A DNA stretch of 64,000 nt from Candidatus Fervidifonticultor quintus (GTDB lineage: Bacteria; Sysuimicrobiota; Sysuimicrobiia; Sysuimicrobiales; Humicultoraceae), in NCBI GenBank assembly GCA_031459535.1, contig JAVKIJ010000001.1:68503-132502 (forward strand), read 5' to 3'. Below, one piece after another: positions 25,947-36,790 of this stretch. The translations under genes and the position numbers were made by a program. Under the pieces are notes generated by a model. The model saw only the letters and a list, made by a program, of their open reading frames with translations, had not been told where the DNA came from and made no database searches. Positions within the stretch are counted from its first letter, which is position 1. Each line of letters opens with the position of its first letter.

Positions 25947-27709
25947 GCGCCGTGGAAGCCGCGCTGGTGAGCTCCGACCGGGTCCGTGCCGGTGCGCAGA
26001 CCCGGGTGGAACTGCGGCTGCGGCTGCGCGAGGCGCTGGAGGCCGGGGCGTCGCTGCGCCTGGCCGTGCCGCTGGGTTGGACGCCGCCTGCGCTGGAGGG
26101 CGGGGCCGGGCTGACCCGCTGGCGCGTGTCGGGCCGCGCGATGGTGCTGGGTGAGGTCGTGCGCCGACGCTATCTGCAGTTGAACGTGACCGGTGGCCGC
26201 CTCCGTCGTGACGACGAGATCCTCATCACCTACGGCGCCGGACCAGACGGAGCGGTGGCCCAACCGTGGGTGACCGACGTTTCGGCCGCCTTTGAGGTGG
26301 AGATCTGTCGGCACAGTGAGGGGTCGCACGTCCCAGACTGCTCGGTCCCCGTCATCGTGGACCCCGGCCCGCCCGCGTACCTGCACGTCGTGGCGCCCTC
26401 CGGCGCGTCGCCTGGCGTCGGAGTCCCGATCCGCCTGCGGGTGCTCGACCAGTTCGGCAATCTCTGCCAGGGCTGCACAACCGAAGCGCTGATCGCCGGG
26501 GCGCCGGCTGTCCCCATTCATACCGGGTGTGGCGAAGCATGGCTCACCTTTCCTGCGGAGGGGATCTATCGGGTTGATGCCACCCTGGACGGGCTGGGGC
26601 TGTCGGGCCGCTCGAACCCGTGTCGGGTCGCGCGGGACGCTGTCGGGATCTGGTGGGGGGATCCCCATGTGCACACCACGCTCTCCGACGGCGTGGCGTC
26701 GCCTGAGTTCGCCCTGGCATACGGGCGCGATGTGGCCTGCTTGGACTTCGCCGCCATCACCGACCACGACATCGAGTACCATCACGCCTGGTTCACGCGG
26801 CGGTGCCAGCGTCTGACGGACGAGGCGTGGCTGGCCCTGGCCCAGACTATCGGCCGGTACCGTGCCGACGGACGGTTCGCCGTCCTGCGGGGGTACGAGT
26901 GGACCGGCCGACCGTACGGCGACCGCTGTGTCTACCTGCGCTCCGATGGGACTGCCATGTACCGGTACGAACCTGGTAGCGCCCCCACGCCGGAGGCGCT
27001 GTGGAGGGAGCTGAAGCGCACGGCTCCCCGCGAGGCGCTCGTGGTCCCCCATACCCCTGCATCGGGCTTCATGGGGACGGACTGGACCGAGCACGATGAG
27101 GACCTGGAGACCCTCGTGGAGATCTACTCGATGCATGGAGCGTCAGAGTGCCCCGGCGGGCCGGCCGAGATGACCGGAGCAGTGCCGGGCCGATACGTCC
27201 GGGACGCGCTGGCCCGGGGATACCGGCTGGGGTTCGTGGCCGGAGGCGACATGCATAGCAGCCAGCCGGGCAATCCGTTGCTGGCCTTCGGTCCGTACCG
27301 CACGCTGCGCTTCAAGCCGGGCCTGACCGCGGTCCTGGCTGATCGCCTCGACGAGGGTACGATCCTGGACGCCATGCGAGAACGGCGCACGTATGCCACC
27401 ACCGGGGCCCGAATCCTGCTGCAGTTCTCGGTGAACGATGTGCCGCTGGGGGGCAGCCTCGTCCCCGGCGCTGGCCGACCGGTCATCGTGCGCGGCCGCG
27501 TCCACGGCACGGCCGCGCTGGCAGAGGTGGCCCTGATCCGGGACGGGGTGGCGGCGTACGCGGCGCACCCCCGGCAGGAGGACTTTGAGGTCACGTGGGA
27601 GGACCCGCAGCCCGTTGCCGCTGGAGACGCGTCGTACTACTACTTGCGTGCGGTCCAGGCCGACGGCGAGGTGGCCTGGTCGAGCCCGGTCTGGGTGAGG
27701 CGCTCGTGA
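25943..27709 (+). CDS. PHP-like metallohydrolase (DUF3604/CehA-McbA-like) with Ig-like N-terminal domains
   Basis: WGDPHVHT, AITDHD, GYEWT, EIYSMHG, GGDMH, RRTYATTG, YYYLRA, AWSSPVW. Confidence 0.78.
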   Translation: MSAVEAALVSSDRVRAGAQTRVELRLRLREALEAGASLRLAVPLGWTPPALEGGAGLTRWRVSGRAMVLGEVVRRRYLQLNVTGGRLRRDDEILITYGAGPDGAVAQPWVTDVSAAFEVEICRHSEGSHVPDCSVPVIVDPGPPAYLHVVAPSGASPGVGVPIRLRVLDQFGNLCQGCTTEALIAGAPAVPIHTGCGEAWLTFPAEGIYRVDATLDGLGLSGRSNPCRVARDAVGIWWGDPHVHTTLSDGVASPEFALAYGRDVACLDFAAITDHDIEYHHAWFTRRCQRLTDEAWLALAQTIGRYRADGRFAVLRGYEWTGRPYGDRCVYLRSDGTAMYRYEPGSAPTPEALWRELKRTAPREALVVPHTPASGFMGTDWTEHDEDLETLVEIYSMHGASECPGGPAEMTGAVPGRYVRDALARGYRLGFVAGGDMHSSQPGNPLLAFGPYRTLRFKPGLTAVLADRLDEGTILDAMRERRTYATTGARILLQFSVNDVPLGGSLVPGAGRPVIVRGRVHGTAALAEVALIRDGVAAYAAHPRQEDFEVTWEDPQPVAAGDASYYYLRAVQADGEVAWSSPVWVRRS

Positions 27710-28734
27710 TAGGTGGGCGTCGCGATCAACGCGCGGTGGATCGTCTGGCTGCGTCTGAGTCGGGCACTGAGACCCGTGGGGGGACCGTGGTCGGGATCGA
27801 CCTCGGCGGCACAAAGATCGCGGTCGGGCTCGTGGCCCGGTCTGGGGATGTCAACGTGTTTCACAGCCGCCCGACGCTGGCCGCAGACGGCGCGAGCGCC
27901 GTGATCGACCGACTCGCTGGGCTGGTGCGCGAGGTGCTTGCCACCCTGCCAGGCGGGGCGCGCGAGGTGATTGGCGTCGGGCTCGCCACCCCGGGCATCG
28001 TCGACGCGGGCACCGGCACCGTGCGCTACGCGACGCCGGCCCTGCCAGGCTGGACGGGCCTCGCGCTGGGGCCGCGCCTGGCCGAGGCTCTCGGTCTGCC
28101 GGTGGTCGTACACAACGACGGGCACGCGGCGGCGATGGGCGAGTGGGCCGTAGGGGCGGCGGCCGGCGCGGCGGATGCCGTCGTGGTTGTCCTCGGCACG
28201 GGGATCGGCGGCGGGATCATCGCCGGCGGCCGCCTCCTACGGGGCTATCTGGGCGGCGCGGGCCGGATTGGCCACCTGAGCGTCGAGGCCGGCGGCCGAC
28301 GCTGCTGGTGTGGTGCGCGAGGGTGCATCGAGCAGTACGCATCGGGGTCGGCGGTCGCGCGCGACGCGCAGGTCGCCATCGGCGGCGGCGCGGCCACGTC
28401 GTTGCGCGCGCTCCGGCGGCCGCTGACTGCTGCCGACGTGGTTCGGGCCGCGCGGCGGGAAGACAAGCTGGCCCTTGGGCTCCTCGCCGAGGCCGGCCGG
28501 CACCTCGGCGCCGCCCTGGTCTCGCTGGTGAACATGCTGAGCCCGCAGGTGATTGTCGTGGGCGGCGGTCTCGCGGACGCGGGCGCGCTCCTGCTCGGTC
28601 CAGCCGAGGCCGTCCTCCGCGAGCGGTTGCCGCCTCCGGTCCGGGCGTCCGTCGAGGTCCGACCCTCGAGTCTGGGGTATTGCGCGGCGGTGGCAGGCGC
28701 GGGACTCCTGGCGTGGGAGCGTCTTGGGACATGA
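27706..28734 (+). CDS. ROK family sugar kinase
   Basis: [31 protein letters not shown]. Confidence 0.88.
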   Translation: MIGGRRDQRAVDRLAASESGTETRGGTVVGIDLGGTKIAVGLVARSGDVNVFHSRPTLAADGASAVIDRLAGLVREVLATLPGGAREVIGVGLATPGIVDAGTGTVRYATPALPGWTGLALGPRLAEALGLPVVVHNDGHAAAMGEWAVGAAAGAADAVVVVLGTGIGGGIIAGGRLLRGYLGGAGRIGHLSVEAGGRRCWCGARGCIEQYASGSAVARDAQVAIGGGAATSLRALRRPLTAADVVRAARREDKLALGLLAEAGRHLGAALVSLVNMLSPQVIVVGGGLADAGALLLGPAEAVLRERLPPPVRASVEVRPSSLGYCAAVAGAGLLAWERLGT

Positions 28735-29492
28735 GTCGCCCGGCCGCGGCCCCCAAGATCGTCGTGAGCCACGTCAGCCGGCAGTTTCCCGCTGAGGACG
28801 CCGAGCGCGGACTGGCCCTGCAGGACATCAACGTGACCATCATGCCCAATGAGTTCGTGGCCATCGTGGGTCGCAGCGGGTGTGGCAAGACTACGCTGCT
28901 GAACCTGATCGCGGGGCTGCTGCGGCCCACAGAGGGTGAGGTACGCATTGACGGACGTCTGGTCCAGGGGCCCGGTCCGGACCGCGGCATGGTGTTCCAG
29001 AACTCGGCGCTCTTCCCGTGGCTGACCGCGATCGAGAACGTGGAGTTCGGCCCGCGCAACCTGGGTGTGCCGGCGGATCGCCGCCGGGCCCTGGCACGGG
29101 AGCTGATCGACCTGGTACGGCTTCGCGGCTTCGAGAACAGATATCCGCGGGAGCTGTCCGGGGGTATGAAGCAACGGGTAGCCATCGCTCGGGCGCTCGC
29201 CACCGATCCCGAGATCCTCTTGATGGATGAGCCCTTTGGTGCGCTCGACGAGCTCACCCGGGCCGAGATGCAGGAAGAGTTGCTGCGCATCTGGGAAGCG
29301 CGCCGCAAGACGGTGGTCTTCGTGACCCACAGCATCATGGAGGCGATCTACCTGTCGGACCGCGTCATCGTCCTCAGCCCCCATCCCGGCCGGGTGCGCA
29401 AGGACGTGCCGATTTCGCTGCCCCGGCCCCGCCAACGCTCGTCCGGCGCATTCATGGCCTACTACGAGGAGATCCATGGCAGTATCTTCTAG
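28731..29492 (+). CDS. NitT/TauT-family ABC ATP-binding protein
   Basis: [32 protein letters not shown]. Confidence 0.92.
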   Translation: MSRPAAAPKIVVSHVSRQFPAEDAERGLALQDINVTIMPNEFVAIVGRSGCGKTTLLNLIAGLLRPTEGEVRIDGRLVQGPGPDRGMVFQNSALFPWLTAIENVEFGPRNLGVPADRRRALARELIDLVRLRGFENRYPRELSGGMKQRVAIARALATDPEILLMDEPFGALDELTRAEMQEELLRIWEARRKTVVFVTHSIMEAIYLSDRVIVLSPHPGRVRKDVPISLPRPRQRSSGAFMAYYEEIHGSIF

Positions 29493-30294
29493 GCTCCAGC
29501 CGGGCCACAGCAGGGGTTGGGAACGCGTCGTGGGTGTGGTGACCATCGCCGCGCTGCTGGCCACCTGGGAGCTGGCGGGCCGCGCCGGCAGACTCAGCTC
29601 TTACCACTTCCCGCGTCCGTCGCGCCTTCTGGCGACCATCTGGGATCTGGTCGCGATCGGGTTTCCTGTCGGGGTGACCGTCTGGCAGCACGTGGGAGCC
29701 ACGGTGGCACGGATCGTGCAGGGGTACGCGCTGGCCGCGGCGCTGGCGATCCCGCTCGGGCTGGTGGTCGGCGGGATACCCGCCCTCGACCGAGCCTGCG
29801 CACCCGTGATCACGTTTGCCCGTTCAGTGGCGACGATCAGCCTGCTGCCTCTGGCCGTGGCGTGGTTCGGGGTCGGGGAGCTGTCGCGGGTGCTGTTGAT
29901 CGCCTATGGGTGCTTCTGGGTCATCCTGACCAACGTGATCGAGGGCGTCAAGTCGGCAGATCCCGACCTGATCCGGGCCGGCCGCGTGTTGGGTGCCACA
30001 CCCCGGCAGGTGTTCACCCGCGTCGTGCTCCCGGCCTCGACCCCTCGGATCTTCGCCGGCATGAAGGTCGCCCTGGGGCTGGCGTTCATGGTCATCGTGG
30101 GCGTGGAGATGATCGGGACGATCAAGGGTCTGGGTGCCCTGATCATGGAGGCACGCACCTTCTACCGCAGTGACGCGGCCATGGTCGGGATGGTGTTCAT
30201 CGCCCTCTTCGGCTTTGCGTTGTCTCGACTGCTCGACCGGCTCGAACGCAGACTCTTGCCCTGGAGCGCGGGCGTGGAGGAGGCGGAGCGGTGA
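29476..30294 (+). CDS. NitT/TauT-family ABC permease
   Basis: [27 protein letters not shown]. Confidence 0.88.
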   Translation: MAVSSRLQPGHSRGWERVVGVVTIAALLATWELAGRAGRLSSYHFPRPSRLLATIWDLVAIGFPVGVTVWQHVGATVARIVQGYALAAALAIPLGLVVGGIPALDRACAPVITFARSVATISLLPLAVAWFGVGELSRVLLIAYGCFWVILTNVIEGVKSADPDLIRAGRVLGATPRQVFTRVVLPASTPRIFAGMKVALGLAFMVIVGVEMIGTIKGLGALIMEARTFYRSDAAMVGMVFIALFGFALSRLLDRLERRLLPWSAGVEEAER

Positions 30295-31061
30295 CCGCGC
30301 GCTCCTCGCCCCGCGACGTCTGGGCCTCGTGGTCAGGGGTCCTCGTGGTCCTGGGGGTCTGGCAGGCTATTGCCACCCTCAGGCTGATCAATCCGGTCAT
30401 CTTTCCCGGTCCGGTGGACGTCGTGTGGGCCGCGCTGACGCTGGCGCCACCCGGGCGGGTCCTTGCGCATGTCCACAGCAGCCTTGTTCGCATCGTGTGG
30501 GGGTTCTCGCTGGGCGCCGGGTTGGGGGTGCTCATCGGCGTGACGTCGGGATGGTACCGCCGGCTGGGCAGTGTGCTGCGGGCACCCATCGAGCTGTTGC
30601 GGCCGATCCCACCGCTGGCGTGGATCCCCCTGGCCATCATCTGGTTTGGCCTGGGCGAATCGTCGAAGGTGTTCATCATCTTCCTGGGCGCGTTCTTCCC
30701 GGTCGTGACCAATGCCTACAAGGGAATGATCGGGATCGATCCGGATCTGTTCCGGGCCGCCCAGACCCTGGGCGTGCGCGGATGGCGGCTGCTCCTGCGC
30801 GTCGCCCTGCCGGCGGTCCTGCCCGATGTCGCCACGGGCGTCCGCGTCGGGTGGAGCCTCAGCTTCGGCGCCCTGGTCGCCGCAGAACTCATCGCTGCCG
30901 ACCGCGGCCTGGGCTTCATGATCATGAACGCCCGCGAGCTGGGCCAGATCAGCGTGATCATGTACGGCATTATCGTGATCGGCGCGTTGAACTTCCTCAC
31001 CGACTGGGTAATTCGCGAGGCGCTGTTTAGGCGGCGGCTTCGCTGGCATTTCGCGTCGTGA
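30291..31061 (+). CDS. NitT/TauT-family ABC permease
   Basis: RPIPPLAWIPLAIIWFGLGE, VAAELIAA. Confidence 0.92.
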   Translation: MTARSSPRDVWASWSGVLVVLGVWQAIATLRLINPVIFPGPVDVVWAALTLAPPGRVLAHVHSSLVRIVWGFSLGAGLGVLIGVTSGWYRRLGSVLRAPIELLRPIPPLAWIPLAIIWFGLGESSKVFIIFLGAFFPVVTNAYKGMIGIDPDLFRAAQTLGVRGWRLLLRVALPAVLPDVATGVRVGWSLSFGALVAAELIAADRGLGFMIMNARELGQISVIMYGIIVIGALNFLTDWVIREALFRRRLRWHFAS

Positions 31062-31103
31062 CGGGCACGAGGAGGGCATGAAGTCAAGAAGGAGGGATCC
31101 CCT

Positions 31104-32141
31104 ATGGGTTGGTTCGCGAGTCTGGTGGTGGTCGCCCTGATGCTGGCGGTTGCCGGGCAACCGTTGGCTGCTCCGGCCGGGACGCCGGAGATCAAGACGC
31201 TCTCGATGGGGTTCGGCGTGGACCCCGTGTTCGCCCCGCACATCATGGCCATGGAGAAGGGGTGGTTCCGCGAGGCCGGATTCGAGCGGGTCGAGACCAA
31301 GACGTTCACCGCCGGCGCGCTGGCCGGCGAGGCGCTGGCGGCGGGGCAGATCCAGTTGTGGACGCCAGGCAATCTGCCCCCGATCAGCATGCGGCACAAC
31401 GGGTTGCCGATCGTCATTTTGGGCACCAACACCCTGGCCTACATTGACCGGCTGGTGGTGCGGGCCGACGCCAACGTCCAGCGGCCAGCCGACCTCTACA
31501 ACATCCGCATCGGGTTGTTGGAGGGGTCTGTGGCCTCCGCGGTCCTCGATCGGATCGCCGAGTACTACCGGCTCGACGTCCGGCGGTTGCAGGTCGTGAA
31601 CCTCCCGCCGCCGGAGCAGCTCACGTCCCTGATCAACAACAACATTCAGGCCTTCATTTGCTGGAACCCGTGGCCGTATCTCGCCCAGCAGCGCGCCAAC
31701 GTGAAGATCCTACATACCGGTACCGTGAGCAACTTTGCCGACGACGCCGGGCGAAAGGTTCAGACCTCTAACACCCGGTCGATCTTCGTGGCGTCCGAGG
31801 ACTTCGTCCGTCGGTCGCCCAACGCCGCCCGGGCCATGATGCGGGTGCTGCTGCGGGCCCAGATGTACGTGGCGGATCCGAAGAACCGCGACGAGGTCAT
31901 CACCACCATCTCCCGGTTCCTGCAGCAGCCGGTGGAGCAGAACCGGGCGCTGTGGGGCGACTACTCGTTCGACCCCCGGTTCGACAAGAAGTACTGGGAG
32001 GACATGAAGGTCTACACCGACTTCCTGGCCAAGACCGGGCGCATCCGCAACCCGGTGGATCCGCTGGAGTACACCTACACCGGGTACGTGGAGGAGTTCA
32101 ACCCGGCCCTGGTGACCCTGAAGGGAAGGTGGAAGCCGTAA
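31104..32141 (+). CDS. NitT/TauT-family substrate-binding protein
   Basis: Signal peptide, EKGWFREAG, WNPW; operon context. Confidence 0.82.
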   Translation: MGWFASLVVVALMLAVAGQPLAAPAGTPEIKTLSMGFGVDPVFAPHIMAMEKGWFREAGFERVETKTFTAGALAGEALAAGQIQLWTPGNLPPISMRHNGLPIVILGTNTLAYIDRLVVRADANVQRPADLYNIRIGLLEGSVASAVLDRIAEYYRLDVRRLQVVNLPPPEQLTSLINNNIQAFICWNPWPYLAQQRANVKILHTGTVSNFADDAGRKVQTSNTRSIFVASEDFVRRSPNAARAMMRVLLRAQMYVADPKNRDEVITTISRFLQQPVEQNRALWGDYSFDPRFDKKYWEDMKVYTDFLAKTGRIRNPVDPLEYTYTGYVEEFNPALVTLKGRWKP

Positions 32142-32146
32142 GCAGT

Positions 32147-33181
32147 ATGAGGTATGACCGTCTTGGCTTTGGGATCATCGGCGCCGGCCACATCAGCGAC
32201 TACCACATCGTGGGTCTGCGGGAGGCCGGCGCCGAGGTGCTGGCCCTGTGCGGGCGCCGAGCCGAGGCCGTGCGCGCCAAGGCGGCGCGCTACGGTATTC
32301 CCCAGGCGGTCACCGATCCCGACGCGCTGCTGGCGCGGGACGATATCGACGCGGTGGTCATTGCGACCCCTGATGCCACCCACGAGCCGCTGGCCCTGGC
32401 CGCGGTGCGTGCGCGCAAACCCATGCTGATCCAGAAGCCGATGGCGCGCAATGCGGCCGAGTGCCGCCGGATTCTGGCGGCGGCAGAGGCGGCCCGGGTG
32501 CCGGTCTTCGTGAGCTTCATGCACCGGTACTTCGACGAAGTGGATGCGGCGCGCCGCCTGGTGGCCGAGGGGGCGTTGGGCACGGTGCTGAGCGTGCGGC
32601 AGCGGAACGCCACGCCCGGGGCCGGGTGGGCAGGGTGGTTCTACCGCCGGGCCGATGTGGGCGGCGGGGTCGTGCTGCAGCTCGGCACCCATGGGATCGA
32701 CCTGCTGCGCCACCTGTTCGGAGATATCGTGCAGGTCTGGGCCACCACGGCGACGCTGCGCCGGGAGCGCGTGCTGGACGATGGGACGGTCGTGCACCCG
32801 GACAACGAGGACCACGCAGTGGCGATCTATCGGTTCGCATCCGGGCTGCAGGCCGTGCACGAGATGGACTACGCCGAGGTGACCGGCACCGACCGGTTCC
32901 GGATGGAGATCTACGGCGAGCGAGGTGTGGCTTGGCTGCGCACGGAGCGCGGGCGGCTGGCGGTCGCCCTGCCCGATGCGAGCGGCCGCCCCGCGTGGTC
33001 GGCGGTTGACCTGCCGCCCGAGTGTCCGGGGCCCGGACAACACGCGCACCTGATTGCCATGCTGCGGGGCGAGGTGCCTCCGGACGACTCGGCCCGGGCC
33101 GGGTTGCACGCGGCGCTCGTGGCCGAGGCGATCTACCGGTCGGCAGCTTCGGGCCACTGGGTGGACGTTGAACGGCCGTGA
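32147..33181 (+). CDS. Gfo/Idh/MocA oxidoreductase
   Basis: GIIGAG, IATPD..H, IQKPM, GGGVVLQLGTHGID. Confidence 0.9.
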   Translation: MRYDRLGFGIIGAGHISDYHIVGLREAGAEVLALCGRRAEAVRAKAARYGIPQAVTDPDALLARDDIDAVVIATPDATHEPLALAAVRARKPMLIQKPMARNAAECRRILAAAEAARVPVFVSFMHRYFDEVDAARRLVAEGALGTVLSVRQRNATPGAGWAGWFYRRADVGGGVVLQLGTHGIDLLRHLFGDIVQVWATTATLRRERVLDDGTVVHPDNEDHAVAIYRFASGLQAVHEMDYAEVTGTDRFRMEIYGERGVAWLRTERGRLAVALPDASGRPAWSAVDLPPECPGPGQHAHLIAMLRGEVPPDDSARAGLHAALVAEAIYRSAASGHWVDVERP

Positions 33182-34230
33182 GGGCGCCGGTCAGGGTCGG
33201 CCTGCTCAGCTTTGCCCACTACCACGCCGAGTTCTGGGCGCGGGCGGTGGCAGGCCATCCCGAGGCGCGCCTGGCGGGTGTGTGGGACGACAACCGGCCC
33301 AGGGGAGAGGCGGCCGCCGCCCGGCACGGCACCCGGTACTTCGATGAACTGGGAGCCCTGTTGCGCGAGTGCGACGCGGTGGGCGTGACCTCCGAGACGG
33401 TTCGGCACGCCGACCTCGTGGAGGAAGCGGCCCGCGCCGGCGTGCACATCCTGTGCGAGAAGCCCATGGCGGCCACGCTCGCCGACTGCGATCGCATTCA
33501 GCAGGCCGTGGAGGCATCAGGGGTCACCTTCATGCAGAACTTTCCCAAGCGCTTCGACCCGGTCAACCACGAGCTGGTCGCCCGGGTCCACCGGGGTGAG
33601 CTCGGCCAGGTGGTCCTGGTGCGAGTCCGGCACGGCCACGGACAGGGCCACCAGCCGGAGTTCGTGCGGCAGTGGTTCGCCGACCCCGATCTCGCCGGCG
33701 GCGGGACGCTGCTCGACGAGGGCGTGCACGCGGCGGACTTTCTCCTGTGGCTGCTCGGCCCGCCCGAACGGGTGACCGCGGTGGTCTCACACCGCGCGCT
33801 GCAGTTGCGCACCGAGGACACGGCCGCGGCGATCTTCACATTTCCCGGCGGCGCCCTGGCTGAGGTGGTGACGAGCTGGAGCTTCGTTGCGGCCGAGCAG
33901 TCGGTGGAGATCTACGGGCTCGAAGGGACTGCCCTGCTCTCGGGCGTCGACCTGGCGTCGCGGGCGTTCGCCCGTCCTCCCCATCTCAAGGTCTTCCGGC
34001 ACGGGGGCACGGCGGGCAGTTGGGAATCGTCGCCGGCGGCGACGTCCTTCGGTGACGAGCGCTTCCATCAGGGCGGCCCCAGACACTTCATCGACTGCCT
34101 GCGCAGCGGGCGGCGGCCGTCACTTGGAGTGGAGGAGGGCCGCCGGGCGGTGGAAATGATTCTCGCGGCGTATCGCGCTGCGGCCAGCGGGCGCAGCGAA
34201 CCCGTGATCTTCGCCAGGGGACGCCCATGA
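33178..34230 (+). CDS. Gfo/Idh/MocA oxidoreductase
   Basis: CEKPMA, GGGTLLDEGVH, TED. Confidence 0.9.
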   Translation: MRAPVRVGLLSFAHYHAEFWARAVAGHPEARLAGVWDDNRPRGEAAAARHGTRYFDELGALLRECDAVGVTSETVRHADLVEEAARAGVHILCEKPMAATLADCDRIQQAVEASGVTFMQNFPKRFDPVNHELVARVHRGELGQVVLVRVRHGHGQGHQPEFVRQWFADPDLAGGGTLLDEGVHAADFLLWLLGPPERVTAVVSHRALQLRTEDTAAAIFTFPGGALAEVVTSWSFVAAEQSVEIYGLEGTALLSGVDLASRAFARPPHLKVFRHGGTAGSWESSPAATSFGDERFHQGGPRHFIDCLRSGRRPSLGVEEGRRAVEMILAAYRAAASGRSEPVIFARGRP

Positions 34231-35738
34231 CGTTGCCGGGTTACGAAGGGCTCGAGGTGTACTTCGGGGATCTGCACAGCCATTGCGACGTGGGGTACGG
34301 GTACGGCACGCCCGAGGACGCCTACGCCAACGCTCGGCTGCAGCTCGACTTCGCCAGCGTGACCGCCCACGGGGTCTGGCCCGACATGTCTGCATCCGAC
34401 GCGCGTCTCGCCGACACCGTCGAGTACCACCGGCGCGGTTTCGCTGCCGCAGCGGCGCGGTGGCCCCATTTGCGGGCGGTGACCAACGCGGCCAACGACG
34501 ACGGACGGTTCGTCACGTTTCTCAGCTACGAATGGCACTCCCTGCGCTACGGCGACCACAACGTCTACTACCGGGACGGCGACGGCGAGATCGTGGAGGC
34601 GGCGGACCTGGACGAGCTACGGACAGCCCTGGGAGAGATCGCGGCCTCGGGCAGGCCGGCGCTGCTCATCCCGCATCACATCGGATACCGGGCCGGCTAT
34701 CGGGGCATTGATTGGGCGACGTTTGTGCCTGAGTGGTCGCCCGTCGTCGAGATCGTTTCCATGCACGGTGCCGCCGAGTCCGACGACGCTCCCTATCCCT
34801 ATCTCCACACCATGGGACCGCGCGACGGCCGGGGTACCATGCGGCACGGTCTCCGGTTGGGGAAGGTTTTCGGTGTCATCGGTTCCACCGACCATCACGC
34901 CGCCCACCCGGGCAGCCATGGTTGGGGTCGCGCCGCGGTCTGGGCCGCCGGCCTCACGCGGGAGGCGATCTGGGAAGCCTTGACGCGGCGGCGGACGTAC
35001 GCGCTGACCGGCGATCGCATCGTGCTCGCGTTCGCCGTCAACGGGCAGCCGATGGGGTCGGTGCTCGGCTCTGCACGCCGGCGGCATATCCAGGTGGCCG
35101 TCGACGCCGGGGACGCCATCGACTATGTGGATGTGGTGTACGACGGGAGACTGTTGCATCGGTGGGTGCCTGCCGCGGGTGAGGGGGCCTTCGGCCCCTG
35201 GAGGGTGGCCCTGGAGCTCGGATGGGGGGATCGGACCGCGCCCGTCACGTGGCGGGTGGACCTCGGCGTCGAGGGTGGTCGGCTGCTGGGTGTCGAGCCG
35301 AGGCTGCGAGGCCACGATGTGGTGTCCCCCAGGGAAGGCGGTGCCGGAAAGCTGGTCCTCAGCTCATGGGAACGTCGCGGGGACCGGGTCCTGCTCGAGA
35401 CCACGACCAGAGGCAACCCCAATCCGTTGACGCCTGGCATCCAGGCGATCAGCCTCCACATGGCCGGCGACGGGTCCACGAGGCTTGCCGGTCGAATCAA
35501 CGATCGAGAGGTAGTTGTCCCGCTCGCCGCGCTGTGGAAAGGCGCGGAGGTTGGATACCTCGGTGGCTTCCGAACGCCGGCGTACCGCTTCAGCCGCGCG
35601 GTGAGCGCCACTGAGTTCTCAGGCTCATTTGCGCTGGAGCACGACGGGGAGGGCGAGGGCGACTGGTACTACGTCCGGGTCCGCCAGACGAACCATCAGT
35701 GGGCCTGGAGCTCGCCTATCTGGGTGGGGGCGCGATAG
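34227..35738 (+). CDS. PHP-like metallohydrolase (DUF3604-like)
   Basis: FGDLHSH, SYEWH, PHH, EIVSMHG, GSTDHH, RRTYALTG, YYVRV, AWSSPIW. Confidence 0.78.
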   Translation: MTLPGYEGLEVYFGDLHSHCDVGYGYGTPEDAYANARLQLDFASVTAHGVWPDMSASDARLADTVEYHRRGFAAAAARWPHLRAVTNAANDDGRFVTFLSYEWHSLRYGDHNVYYRDGDGEIVEAADLDELRTALGEIAASGRPALLIPHHIGYRAGYRGIDWATFVPEWSPVVEIVSMHGAAESDDAPYPYLHTMGPRDGRGTMRHGLRLGKVFGVIGSTDHHAAHPGSHGWGRAAVWAAGLTREAIWEALTRRRTYALTGDRIVLAFAVNGQPMGSVLGSARRRHIQVAVDAGDAIDYVDVVYDGRLLHRWVPAAGEGAFGPWRVALELGWGDRTAPVTWRVDLGVEGGRLLGVEPRLRGHDVVSPREGGAGKLVLSSWERRGDRVLLETTTRGNPNPLTPGIQAISLHMAGDGSTRLAGRINDREVVVPLAALWKGAEVGYLGGFRTPAYRFSRAVSATEFSGSFALEHDGEGEGDWYYVRVRQTNHQWAWSSPIWVGAR

Positions 35739-35788
35739 AGCCCATCGAGCCCATAATGGAGGTGCCCCGTCATGCGAGGGAACGCCCA

Positions 35789-36703
35789 ATGAGCCCGACC
35801 GAGACAGCCTTCCACGGGATCTTCCCGTACCTGGTGAGCCCCATCGACGTCCAGGGCCGGGTGATGGAAGACGTCCTGCGGCGCCTCGTCGCCGACCTGA
35901 TCGACGCCGGCGTCCACGGTCTGACGCCGCTGGGGAGCACGGGCGAGGGCCCCTATCTCGGCTTCGAGCAGCGCGTTGAGTTGGCGCGGGTGGTGGTGGA
36001 CGCCGCACGCCGTCGGGTCCCCGTGGTCCCGGGCGTGGTCGCGACCGGGACCGACGACGCGATCCGGCAGGCGCGGGCCATGGCGGATCTGGGTGCCGAC
36101 GGCCTGGTGCTGGCGCTGGTTCCCTACTTCCCGCTGTCGGAGGACGCCGTCGTCGGATACTTCACGGCGGTAGCCGACTGTGTCAGCCTGCCCATTGTGG
36201 TCTATTCGAATCCGCAGCTCCAGCGGTTCGTGCTGACGCCGTCGATGGTGGAGCGTCTGGCCCAGCACCCCAACATCCGCTACCTGAAGGACACCTCGGG
36301 GGTCACCGGCCTGTTGCTGACCATCAGGCAACGCGTGGGCGATCGTCTGGGTATCTTCAGCGCATCGGCGCACGTGCCGCTGTTCGCATTGATGGCCGGC
36401 GCCGTGGGCTGGATGGCGGGGCCCGCCTGCCTGGTGCCCAGGCTCAGTGTCCGCCTCTATCACTTGGCGAGGGCTGGGCAGTGGGAGGAGGCGCTGGCCG
36501 TGCAGTGGCCCCTGTGGGCTCTGAACGACGCGTTCCAGCGCTTCAACCTCGCGGCCTGCATCAAGGCAGGGCTCGAGCATCTGGGGTATCCGGTGGGTCC
36601 ACCGCTGCCGCCGCAGAGGCCGATGGCGCCAGCCGACCGCGAAGAGCTCGCCGGGATCCTTGACCGCCTTCTGACCCTGGAGCGGTCGGCCGCCAAGACG
36701 TAG
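35789..36703 (+). CDS. DHDPS/NAL-family class I aldolase or dehydratase
   Basis: GSTGE, YSNP, Schiff-base Lys in LKDTSG. Confidence 0.9.
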   Translation: MSPTETAFHGIFPYLVSPIDVQGRVMEDVLRRLVADLIDAGVHGLTPLGSTGEGPYLGFEQRVELARVVVDAARRRVPVVPGVVATGTDDAIRQARAMADLGADGLVLALVPYFPLSEDAVVGYFTAVADCVSLPIVVYSNPQLQRFVLTPSMVERLAQHPNIRYLKDTSGVTGLLLTIRQRVGDRLGIFSASAHVPLFALMAGAVGWMAGPACLVPRLSVRLYHLARAGQWEEALAVQWPLWALNDAFQRFNLAACIKAGLEHLGYPVGPPLPPQRPMAPADREELAGILDRLLTLERSAAKT

Positions 36704-36790
36704 CAGCCCCGCGCCCGACCCTGACGACAAAGCGCCTGTCCGACGGCCGGCCTAGCAGGAACTGCAGGCCAAGACGTCGCAAGATGTCTC

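Noticed and set aside
35789-36703. Assigning dapA
   Set aside because: Catabolic context, with no DapA-specific evidence beyond family motifs
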